Shown: positions 8,710 to 16,969 of the stretch, piece after piece
How positions within the stretch are numbered: position 1 is the first letter of the stretch
Layout of the letters: the number at the start of each line of letters is the position of its first letter
NCBI GenBank assembly: GCA_039208735.1
Contig: JBCCQY010000100.1
Location: forward strand, 1-33,932
Length of the DNA stretch: 33,932 bases
DNA from: Myxococcota bacterium
Lineage (GTDB): Bacteria > Myxococcota_A > UBA796 > GCA-2862545
Reading direction: 5' to 3'
Notes under the pieces: model-generated
Told to the model about the DNA's origin: nothing
Database searches by the model: none
Seen by the model: only the letters and a program-made list of their open reading frames with translations
Made by a program: the position numbers and the translations under genes

Positions 8710-9624
8710 GTGAGTCTGCGCGAGTTGGTCGTCCTCGGAACGGCCAGTCAGGTGCCCACGCGGCACCGCAACCACAATGGCTATCTGCTGCTTTGGGATG
8801 GACGAGGCATCTTGTTCGACCCCGGCGAAGGCACGCAGCGCCAGATGACCATTGCCTCGGTTTCGACGTCGATGATCACCCGAATCTGCGTCACCCACTT
8901 CCACGGCGACCACTGTCTCGGGCTCGCCGGCATCATCCAGCGCATCAGCCTTGATGGGGTGCGTCACCAGGTGCCCATCCACTACCCGGCATCCGGTCAA
9001 GTCTACTTCGACAGGCTACGGCGAGCCTCGATTTTCAAGGATGAGTCCGACATTGCTCCAAGCCCTCTGTCGACGCCGGGCGAGCAGCATCAAGACGACG
9101 TGTTGATCCTCACGAGCCGCCCTTTGCGCCACACCGTGGAGTCGTGGGGCTACCGAATCGAGGAGCCCCCCAGCCGACGCATCCTGCCTGACAAGCTGCG
9201 CGAACGGGGCATTCAAGGCCCCCGCATTGGTGAACTCGTGCGGGAGGGGCAGCTCGAGACGCCAGACGGCATCGTGCGCCTCGAAGAGGTCAGTGTGCCC
9301 AAGCGCGGCCAGGCCGTCGCATTCGTCATGGACACCGCCCCGTGTCCCGCGGCCGAAGAGCTGGCACAGGGCGTGGACTTGCTGATCTGCGAGTCGACGT
9401 ATCTCCGGGACCATCACCGCGAGGCCCATGAACGCGGCCACATGACGGCGTTCGATGCCGCGACCATCGCGAAGCGTGCCGGGGCTCGCAAGCTCGTGCT
9501 CAGCCACTTCTCCCGCCGTTACCCACGGGTGGAGGCGTTCGTTGCCGAGGCCGAACCGGTCTTCGCCGACGTCGTCGCCGCGCGGGACGGGCTACGCGTT
9601 CCCGTTCCGGCTCGCCTCAAGTAG
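8710..9624 (+). CDS. rnz: Ribonuclease Z (metallo-beta-lactamase fold)
   Basis: LGTASQVPTRHRN, DPGEGTQRQ, THFHGDH (HxHxDH), MDT, CESTY, GHMT, LSHFSRRY. GTG start at 8710 after GGGGAG. Confidence 0.93.
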   Translation: MSLRELVVLGTASQVPTRHRNHNGYLLLWDGRGILFDPGEGTQRQMTIASVSTSMITRICVTHFHGDHCLGLAGIIQRISLDGVRHQVPIHYPASGQVYFDRLRRASIFKDESDIAPSPLSTPGEQHQDDVLILTSRPLRHTVESWGYRIEEPPSRRILPDKLRERGIQGPRIGELVREGQLETPDGIVRLEEVSVPKRGQAVAFVMDTAPCPAAEELAQGVDLLICESTYLRDHHREAHERGHMTAFDAATIAKRAGARKLVLSHFSRRYPRVEAFVAEAEPVFADVVAARDGLRVPVPARLK

Positions 9625-9625
9625 T

Positions 9626-9913
9626 TCAGCTACCCGAAGCCGTCGTGGTCTGACCCGTGTCGCCTGCGGTGTCCGTGTCCGTGTCCGCATCGGTGTCGGC
9701 GTCCGTGTCTGCATCGGTATCGGCGTCCGTGTCCGCATCAGAGTCGGCGTCCGTATCCGCGTCGGAGTCCGCGTCCGTATCCGCGTCGGAGTCGGCGTCC
9801 GCGTCGGCGTCGGTATCGGCATCGCCCGTACCGGGGTTGCCATCATCGCTTCCATCACCGGAACAGGCCACCGACCCAAAGGCCAGTGCGAAGAAAAGCG
9901 CATAGAACTTCAT
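9626..9913 (-). CDS. Small lipoprotein made almost entirely of Asp-[Ala/Thr/Ser] dipeptide repeats
   Basis: Signal peptide and lipobox (SVAC), RBS GGAGGAG upstream, 26 consecutive D-X dipeptides. Confidence 0.8.
   Translation of the reverse strand: MKFYALFFALAFGSVACSGDGSDDGNPGTGDADTDADADADSDADTDADSDADTDADSDADTDADTDADTDADTDADTDTDTAGDTGQTTTASGS
9668..9823 (-). repeat. Degenerate 6-nt tandem repeat encoding (D-[A/T/S])26
   Basis: GAY-[GCN/ACN/TCN] units with varying third positions. Confidence 0.95.
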
Positions 9914-9996
9914 GATCGGTGCTCCTCCCGCCAGTGACGGCTCGCGGATGGAGCATCGGTCCGAGGAGGGCGATGCCTAAGCGAAAAGGAGTGCCA

Positions 9997-12573
9997 TCAG
10001 CAACCTTCGATGGTCAACGTGTTGCCGTTGGACCCGTTCGCACCCGAGCTGGACCCTCCAGGCCCCTGCGCTCCAAGTGAAAACTGCGGATTGCCCTGGG
10101 GCACGCTGATGGCGCTGGTCGGGCTCGCACACCAAATGCCGATGACCGGGCCACCGCCGCCGCCGCCGCCGTGGCCTCCGTTGCCCCCGTCTCCGCCAAC
10201 GCCACCGGACCCACCGGCCCCCGACGGGGAGCCAAACACCGCGCCCTGGTCGCCGGTTCCGCCATTGCCTCCGTCTCCGCCGAGGCCTCCGGTACCGCCG
10301 GTACCTCCCGTGCCCCCACGGCCGCCGACGCCGGTACGCATTTCACCGCCGCGGATGGTCACGGTGCTGGTGCCGGTGAGCACGAGCGAAACACTGGCTC
10401 CACCACCGTCGCCCGCGGTGCCTGCGGTGCCTCGAGCCCCCCCTTCACCACCGCCACCACCGGACCCGCCGTACATGTCACAAGCCGCTCCTGAACCCGC
10501 TCCGGCCCCGCCGCCGCCGCCGCCGCCGCCGCTGCCATTGGTACCGTTCGTTCCATTCGCGCCGTCGGCTGCGACGTAGCCGGTCACATCGTTCCAGGTG
10601 CCAAGGCCTACGCCTCCGACCCCGTTGGATCCATCGCCCCCGGCGACTCCGTTTTGCCCGTCCGTGGCGTCAGCACCGCTGCCCATGCCACCGTCACCGC
10701 CCAGGCCTCCCCCCGCGAGGCTCCCTTGCAGCCCATCGTCACCATCCAGGCCCGCGATGCCACTCATGCCGCCATCTCCGCCGTCGCCACCTCCGCTACA
10801 CGTGGCGCCGCCCGGTCCCGGCACCGGGATGCTCTGACCTACGCCATTGCAGTTTCCACAGGTGCCCCCGCCGAAGACACAGCCGTCAATGCCCTCCCCA
10901 CCATCGGAACCGGTGCACCCGTCGGCCCCGTTGACGCCATCGTCACCGCTCGCCCCATTGCCGGATTCGAGGACCGTATCGACGAGGAACAAGTTCGTGG
11001 TGTCGTCAACCCACAAGGCCACTGCGGCCGCACCGGGGAACGACGCATCACCCCCACGCAGCCAAATCTGATGGAACTCGGTAGCCACTGACCAATTCTG
11101 GATGAACTGGCCCCGCGAAGCGACTTCGACCACCGAGGGCTGGATCGTCCGTTCCCACGCGTTCGACGTGTCGTAGCCGCCCGCAATCGAAATGCCCTCG
11201 ATGAAGCGGTCTGACGTCGTGCTGAACGTGTAGTTGCCCTCGGCCAACAACACCCAGCCACGGCCCTGGAAATCGGCCGTATCGAGGCCCGCCTGCAAGG
11301 TGCGAAGGGGGGACCCCTCGGTCAGGCCGGAGTTTCCGTCGTTGCCCACCACGGGGTCCACGAAGACCGAATCGGCACGATCGCCATCGATGCCATCGCA
11401 GTTCTCATCGGCATAGTCGGGGCCCGGCAAATCGATCGCATCGGGGCTGATGAGCGGGTCGGTGTCGTCGCAGTCGCCCGTGTTGACGGTGCTGCAGTTG
11501 GGGTTGCTCGAACCGGTGCACGGATTGCCGTTGGTGCAGTAGCAGTCGCCATCGGAGTCATACTCGGGACCACCGTTGTCGACGATGCCGTCGCAATCGT
11601 TGTCGACCCCATCGTACGGATCTTCGAACGCGCCCGTGTAGACGTCATCGTTGTTGTCGAGACAGTCATCGACGGGGAGTTGACCGGTGTAGTTGACGCA
11701 GGCCTCGTCGATGTGAAGGTCCTGATCGACATCTTTGTCGTCGATGACGTTGTTGCAATCATTGTCACGCGCGTCGCCACAGATTTCGGGAGCCCCCGGG
11801 TACACCGTGGGATCGTTGTCATCACAATCGAGTGCCGCGGGCGACTGGTCGTTGTCTTCATCGACAATGTTGGGGTCGCTCACCACGATTGGGACAACAT
11901 CTCGGCCCTCATTGCCGTCTTCGTCCACCACGATGAGCCTGATGTCGTAGGTCGCGGTGGCTACCGCGGCCGGCGCGTCGAACGACTCGACGGTCACCCC
12001 TTCCGGGGTCGCGCTGGACCCGATGGTCTGGAGGACATTGTCGCCCTCGGCGACCACCTCCCACCGGACGGACAGGGTCTCGGGAGACTGTTGCCCATCG
12101 CTCACCGTGCCCACCAGAGTCACGGGCTCTGCCGGATCGATGCGCTGGAGGTTTTCGGGCTGCGAGATGACGGCGCGAGGAATCGGATCGGGCGGAATGA
12201 TCTCGATGCCGATGCTGTCTTCCGCCCGACTGCCGACCGCGTCGATCACCGAAAGCGTGACCACGTGGGTGCCGACCGTCAGGTTGGTGGACAACCGAGT
12301 GATGCCGTCAACGTCGACCATGGCGGAGTCGAGGTCGGCGAGTTCGCCATCGACACTGCTCCGCCAAAACACGCCGGCAATGTCTTGCAAGCCGTTGGGA
12401 TCGACCACAACCCCTACCAGCTCGACAGCCTGCGTGGACGTCGCGGTCGAACCATCGGCCGGTGCCTGAATCGCCGCGCTGGGAGCAAGATTGCTCGGGT
12501 CAAAGCCGGGAAGTTCAGCGGGTGGACACCCCACGGCCAACAACGCAAGGGCCGAGATTGCCAGAGTGCGCAT
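9997..12573 (-). CDS. Large multidomain surface lipoprotein (Ig/PKD-like x2, MopE-like Asp/Cys repeats x3, DUF1565-like motif, Gly-rich tail)
   Basis: Lipobox AVGC; two P-x-A-x-I-x2-P...W...G beta-sandwich units; three DCxD...D(N/E)(D/N)C repeats; VFVDPVVGNDGNSG...PLRTLQAG; long GGxGGxG region. Confidence 0.85.
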   Translation of the reverse strand: MRTLAISALALLAVGCPPAELPGFDPSNLAPSAAIQAPADGSTATSTQAVELVGVVVDPNGLQDIAGVFWRSSVDGELADLDSAMVDVDGITRLSTNLTVGTHVVTLSVIDAVGSRAEDSIGIEIIPPDPIPRAVISQPENLQRIDPAEPVTLVGTVSDGQQSPETLSVRWEVVAEGDNVLQTIGSSATPEGVTVESFDAPAAVATATYDIRLIVVDEDGNEGRDVVPIVVSDPNIVDEDNDQSPAALDCDDNDPTVYPGAPEICGDARDNDCNNVIDDKDVDQDLHIDEACVNYTGQLPVDDCLDNNDDVYTGAFEDPYDGVDNDCDGIVDNGGPEYDSDGDCYCTNGNPCTGSSNPNCSTVNTGDCDDTDPLISPDAIDLPGPDYADENCDGIDGDRADSVFVDPVVGNDGNSGLTEGSPLRTLQAGLDTADFQGRGWVLLAEGNYTFSTTSDRFIEGISIAGGYDTSNAWERTIQPSVVEVASRGQFIQNWSVATEFHQIWLRGGDASFPGAAAVALWVDDTTNLFLVDTVLESGNGASGDDGVNGADGCTGSDGGEGIDGCVFGGGTCGNCNGVGQSIPVPGPGGATCSGGGDGGDGGMSGIAGLDGDDGLQGSLAGGGLGGDGGMGSGADATDGQNGVAGGDGSNGVGGVGLGTWNDVTGYVAADGANGTNGTNGSGGGGGGGGAGAGSGAACDMYGGSGGGGGEGGARGTAGTAGDGGGASVSLVLTGTSTVTIRGGEMRTGVGGRGGTGGTGGTGGLGGDGGNGGTGDQGAVFGSPSGAGGSGGVGGDGGNGGHGGGGGGGPVIGIWCASPTSAISVPQGNPQFSLGAQGPGGSSSGANGSNGNTLTIEGC

Positions 12574-12667
12574 CACGCGGACCTCCCCATATTCCGAATG
12601 GGCCGTAGTTTAACCGAGCTTTTGTCAAGCCGCGTGACCCAAGGCGGAAATCTGGGGTGACAGTCGA

Positions 12668-12700
12668 GGAACCGAATCTCACTGTGCGGATTCGGATTCC
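12668..12700 (-). terminator. Possible stem-loop downstream of the yceI-like gene
   Basis: CCGAATC...GATTCGG inverted repeat with a GGAA/TTCC extension just after the stop. No clear U-tract. Confidence 0.35.
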
Positions 12701-12712
12701 CCGATGCCGAAC

Positions 12713-13363
12713 CTACGCCTCGGGCTTCGCCGCAGCGAGGTTCACGGTAAGCACAACCTTGTCCTGGACGAGGTCGTCGGGGCGTCCGGGGTAGACGACG
12801 CCGAAGTCCTTGCGGTCGAGCGCGAACTCGGTCTCGGCCGAGACCTTGTTGTCTTCCATGGCGACCTTGGCGGGGAACGTGACCTTCTTGGTCTGGCCGT
12901 GGATGGTGAACTCACCCACGATCGTGTGGGTCATGCCGTCGATGTCGGAGCCCGCCTTCACCGTGGTGGACGTGAACTTCGAGGTGGGGAACTTCGTCAC
13001 ATCGAAGAAGTCTTCGTTCTTGAGGTGGCCGGTAAGGCGATCGTCATCGGAGACGAGCGAAGCCATGTCGACCTCGAACGCCACGCCGCTCACCGCGCCT
13101 TCATCCACGTACACCTGGCCGGTGAACTTGGGGAAGTCGATGGGGTGGGTCGCGGTGATCTTGGCACCAAGGGCCTTGATCGTCGAAGTCTCTGCATCGA
13201 CCGCCCAAGCCACACCCTTCGGCGTCGCCACCGCCGCCTTCGCGGCTTCGGGTTGCTCGGCCTTCGCGGCCGCCTCGGGCTTCACATCTTCGACCTTGGC
13301 TTCAACCTTGTCCTTGGACACGTCCTCGACGCAGGCGAACAGGGTCATGAGAGTGACGAGCAT
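12713..13363 (-). CDS. YceI-family lipid/polyisoprenoid-binding lipoprotein
   Basis: WAVDAETSTI, LTGHLKNEDFFDVTKFP, GEFTIHGQTK, LDRKDFGV. Lipobox LFAC; RBS GGAGA upstream of ATG 13363. Confidence 0.92.
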   Translation of the reverse strand: MLVTLMTLFACVEDVSKDKVEAKVEDVKPEAAAKAEQPEAAKAAVATPKGVAWAVDAETSTIKALGAKITATHPIDFPKFTGQVYVDEGAVSGVAFEVDMASLVSDDDRLTGHLKNEDFFDVTKFPTSKFTSTTVKAGSDIDGMTHTIVGEFTIHGQTKKVTFPAKVAMEDNKVSAETEFALDRKDFGVVYPGRPDDLVQDKVVLTVNLAAAKPEA

Positions 13364-13461
13364 GGGATCTCCAGTGTCAGGTTCGGATGACAGCATGCTG
13401 CTGCCTTCGTCGCGCAGGTGCGTAACGTCTTTCGCACCTGAGCTGGAACCAAGGAGGCGCC

Positions 13462-15540
13462 CTACTCGGCCCACGAATGCGCGGTAGGCAGCGTTGTGTG
13501 GAAATGCGGTGCCTGTTTGGTGTCGAAGTACAACGGCGGCCCCGACCCCACCGCAACCCCCCACCTTTTCGGGGCTTCGAGGGCCGTGGACACGTCGACG
13601 TGAGTCTGCAGCACCCCCGCGTCAGGCCAGGACGCAGGGTCGACCAACGCGGCATCGCTCGCCCAGGTTCCAACCTCCCGTCCGTCCACCCACACGACAA
13701 GCCGAATCGGACCTGCCTCGGCCGTCCGTCGGAGCGAAAGAACCGCCGCCCGTTCGGTAAGCCTTGGCGTGGCTTCCAAGGTCCAGCCTGGTGCCAACGA
13801 CCACGCGACGTCGGGGTCGGGATCCTCTCCAAAGACACGGTCCCGGCGAATCCACAGGCCGGGATGAGGATCATGAGGCACCCCGGGGACATCTTGGTAA
13901 TCCCGAAGCTGAACGTAGGTCTTGGACCATGCAGGATGGTCCATGAGCTGGGTGCGCTTGGACCACCACCAGTCGGGACCATGCAGATGAATCAGGTCCG
14001 GGCGACGTCGTTCGAACACATAGGGATGGAGGAACGAAGGACCTTCACGCTTGCGACGAGCCACCTCGGGCTCCACCAGTCCAACCAGATCCAGGACTCG
14101 CAGATCGGGCGCAAACCACAAGTACCCGCCGATGTCCATGTCGGCGACGGTGAGGGAGCCTCGCCATCCCAAGCGACGCTGGACGTCCCGAATGTGCGCC
14201 ACACGACGTTCCATCATCGCGGTGGTGACATCGAAGTTCGCGGTGGCGTGATCTCGAGCGAGATTGAGGCCGGGAATGACCGCCAGTCCCGTGAGACCGG
14301 CCGCCAACCAGGTGGCCTCAACGCCCCAGCGAGACCCGCCCCTCTGGGCCTGCCACGCATCCGCCAGATCCACAATGCCCACCGCCAACACCACGCTGGC
14401 CAAGGGGGCCGCATAGGAGGCGAAACGAAATCCTCCCATCCAGTCTCCGTTGGCGGCGAGCCAAAACCCAAGACCCGTGGCCACGAGACCCGCCATCGAC
14501 CCCCGTGCGACCGATGCCGGATGACGCGACGCAAAGAACGGCAGCATCGCAATGGCGAGCCCAACCACGAGAAGCTGCAAGGTGGGCCAGAACTCCGGCG
14601 GCTCAGGGAGGCTCGGCCACCAGGCAGCGCGCGCCAAACGGTGCGGGCCAGGCCAGGCCATGACCAGGAAAACCAGCCCACTGCCCACACTGACCCCGCG
14701 GACACGTCGCCACCCCATCACGCCGAGCGCGTACAACGGCAGCAAAAAACCATGCCAACTGCGAGAGGCATAAGCACACAGTTGGGTCCAGCCTCTCCCG
14801 TCTGGATTGAGCCACGCGTCGAGGGCCACCCGCTTGGCGTAATAGCTGTTGGGAAGTGGGCTCCCAAAATACGCGAACCGGGCCCCTTCGAGTACCAAGG
14901 AGGGCCCCAGCCACGCCCCCCAGAACAAGGTGATCCAGTCCCACCGGCGTTCGCGCGCCGCCCGCCAGGTCCCCATGGCTCCACCGACCATCGCATAGAG
15001 GAACCCCTCGGGTCGGGTCCATGTCACGAGCAGAAAGGCGAGGGCAGACCAGGGGTGGCCGCCGTCAGTCCCCTCGACGACCAGCCGATGCGCGGCCAAG
15101 GTGAGCCACCATGCAAACCACGCATTCTCGAGCCCGCTTGCCGTACCGATGGCAAACGGCCCCGATGCTGCGAGGAGCACCGCCGCAATGAGCGGTCCGG
15201 GGCCGCGGTGGTCAGGGAGGGCACGCCGCGCGAGATCCACCACGAGGGGGAGCTGCGCCACCGCACACAGGGCCGAAAAGGGTTTGGCGAAGGCAAACCC
15301 ATCGAGCCCGGCCCCATGCGCAAGCGCCAAGACGGCAATCCAGCTGGGATGGGAGTACGCCTCCACCGGTTCTGCCCCCGGCCAGGCCACCAGACCGAAG
15401 CCTTCGGCGACGTTGCGGGCGTAGGCAAAGCCAATCGCGGCATCGTCGATGAACCACGTCGATCGCCACAGCGCATGAGCCAGCATGAGCAATGCGCACG
15501 CGACCACCGTGGCTTGGCGCAGGGTTCGCTCCGAGTCCAT
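13462..15540 (-). CDS. Polytopic membrane glycosyltransferase, GT-C fold (AftB/PMT-like)
   Basis: First periplasmic loop FIDDAAIGFAYARN...EPVEAYS, plus SGLE, TRPEG, LPNSYYAK, GDWMGGFRF and DIGG...DLVGL motifs; many TM helices. Confidence 0.75.
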   Translation of the reverse strand: MDSERTLRQATVVACALLMLAHALWRSTWFIDDAAIGFAYARNVAEGFGLVAWPGAEPVEAYSHPSWIAVLALAHGAGLDGFAFAKPFSALCAVAQLPLVVDLARRALPDHRGPGPLIAAVLLAASGPFAIGTASGLENAWFAWWLTLAAHRLVVEGTDGGHPWSALAFLLVTWTRPEGFLYAMVGGAMGTWRAARERRWDWITLFWGAWLGPSLVLEGARFAYFGSPLPNSYYAKRVALDAWLNPDGRGWTQLCAYASRSWHGFLLPLYALGVMGWRRVRGVSVGSGLVFLVMAWPGPHRLARAAWWPSLPEPPEFWPTLQLLVVGLAIAMLPFFASRHPASVARGSMAGLVATGLGFWLAANGDWMGGFRFASYAAPLASVVLAVGIVDLADAWQAQRGGSRWGVEATWLAAGLTGLAVIPGLNLARDHATANFDVTTAMMERRVAHIRDVQRRLGWRGSLTVADMDIGGYLWFAPDLRVLDLVGLVEPEVARRKREGPSFLHPYVFERRRPDLIHLHGPDWWWSKRTQLMDHPAWSKTYVQLRDYQDVPGVPHDPHPGLWIRRDRVFGEDPDPDVAWSLAPGWTLEATPRLTERAAVLSLRRTAEAGPIRLVVWVDGREVGTWASDAALVDPASWPDAGVLQTHVDVSTALEAPKRWGVAVGSGPPLYFDTKQAPHFHTTLPTAHSWAE

Positions 15541-15618
15541 GTGACGACGTAGCGGACCAAAGCCTGGTCGTTAACTCGCATCTCGCAGCCAAGGCTCAAA
15601 TCCCCGTTACGGCGCCTC

Positions 15619-16506
15619 ATGGCCATCTTCGTGCTGGGGTCGCTCGTCGTGACGGCGGTTGCGCTGCACCAGGGGGTCCGGGTGCGATGGGCCCTGGCCA
15701 TGGGCGTCGCCTTCGCCCTCGCGCACCCGCACATGGCAATGTCGACATCCGACGGCCTCGCGGCTCTTGGACTGGCCTTGGCCTGGCGGTTTCGGCAGAC
15801 GCCCTGGATCGCCGGCCTGGGAGCAGCTCTGGCACTCGGAAGCGATCTACGGGTGGGTGTCGCAGCCCTTGGCGTGGGGCTTCGCTTCGGAGGGCAAGAC
15901 CGATGGCGCTTCCTCGGCATCGCCGGTTTGGGCTTCGTGGGCGCGGATAGGCCCGCGGTCAAGGGACTGTGGCCTTGGACATGTGCGCCACGCCGCCTCG
16001 GCACCGCGTTGCCGCTGTCGTGGGCCGCTCTCGGGCTTACCGGCATGGCCGCTGCGGTCCGCCACCGTCCTCATGACGACACGGGAATGAGCGCGATCCT
16101 TACTCGAGTGGGCCCGCTCGTCGCGGGGCTCGGGCTCGGGTGGCTCGGCACCTACCATCCACCGCGACCACCGCTCTACAACCTACCATCCGCCATCGCC
16201 CTATGGTCGATCGGCGCAGGGCTTTTCGGCGCTTGGATCCACGGTGGTCGACGGACGACGCCCGACCAACGCGCCGCATTCGCGATCGGCATTGCACTGT
16301 TGGTTGGATCGGGGCTGCGGCTCCAGGATCTCGGTCCGGGACCGGTCTGTGGACAGATGCTGGCCATGCCCGCCGCGATCGGAGTCCTCGCCCTGTCCCT
16401 TGGTGCCCTCATGGAGCGCATGATCTGCGTCTTGTCGCCACGGTGGCTCGATCTGGTGCTTGTCGCGCACCTCATCTGGATGGCTGGGTTCATCAGGGCT
16501 TCGTAG
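15619..16506 (+). CDS. Hypothetical integral membrane protein
   Basis: 295-aa ORF with multiple hydrophobic segments filling an otherwise empty gap; no recognised motif. Confidence 0.5.
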   Translation: MAIFVLGSLVVTAVALHQGVRVRWALAMGVAFALAHPHMAMSTSDGLAALGLALAWRFRQTPWIAGLGAALALGSDLRVGVAALGVGLRFGGQDRWRFLGIAGLGFVGADRPAVKGLWPWTCAPRRLGTALPLSWAALGLTGMAAAVRHRPHDDTGMSAILTRVGPLVAGLGLGWLGTYHPPRPPLYNLPSAIALWSIGAGLFGAWIHGGRRTTPDQRAAFAIGIALLVGSGLRLQDLGPGPVCGQMLAMPAAIGVLALSLGALMERMICVLSPRWLDLVLVAHLIWMAGFIRAS

Positions 16507-16593
16507 GTGATGACCTGCGACAATTTGCCCAAGCCAACGGCGTTCGTCTTGTGTGATGACGTGTCCTTGGCCGAGAGGCCGTTGGAGGTCGAA

Positions 16594-16836
16594 GTGGTTC
16601 GTTTCGTATGGATGATCGCGTTCCTCGCCGCCTGTGACGCCACAGGCGAATCCTGTGTCGACGGTGAGCTGTCCTGCGACAGCACCGGCTTGATCCTGCA
16701 AGACTGCGTCGACGGACAGGCGGTCGAGCAGCAGAACTGTGAAACGGATGGGCTTGAGTGTCACGCCGACATGGGCACCCCGCACTGTGGCCCAGCCGGC
16801 ATGGGCGATGGCATGGGTGACGGAATGGGCATGTGA
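16594..16836 (+). CDS. Small Cys-rich lipoprotein with Met/Gly-rich tail
   Basis: RBS GGAGGT ~16584-16589 and GTG at 16594. [14 protein letters not shown] lipobox, six further Cys, ends [12 protein letters not shown]. Confidence 0.75.
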   Translation: MVRFVWMIAFLAACDATGESCVDGELSCDSTGLILQDCVDGQAVEQQNCETDGLECHADMGTPHCGPAGMGDGMGDGMGM

Positions 16837-16969
16837 GCTGACGACAGTCCCCCCGGCCGGGCATGGGGCACGGGAGCGCAGGGCGAGTTCTTTCCGATCG
16901 CCCCGCCACCTCTTTGGGCAACGTGCTACCTTGGCGGACGCTCGACCCAGGCCCGCCGGTGAGGACCTC

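Noticed and set aside
9455..9937. (VRVRIG)n, (TRTPTP)n and (SASV)n ORFs over the hexamer repeat
   Set aside because: Alternative frames of the D-X repeat; only the D-X frame has an RBS, signal peptide and third-position variation.
10010..10837. Pro-rich plus-strand ORFs
   Set aside because: Antisense reading of the Gly-rich (GGC/GGT) codons of the large lipoprotein.
12607..12628. Minus-strand TTGACA with nearby TAAACT upstream of the large lipoprotein
   Set aside because: Spacing is only 10 bp, incompatible with a sigma70 promoter.
13477..15552. 691-aa plus-strand ORF
   Set aside because: Antisense shadow of the GT-C gene; Arg/Pro/Gly-rich with no motifs, as expected in high-GC DNA.
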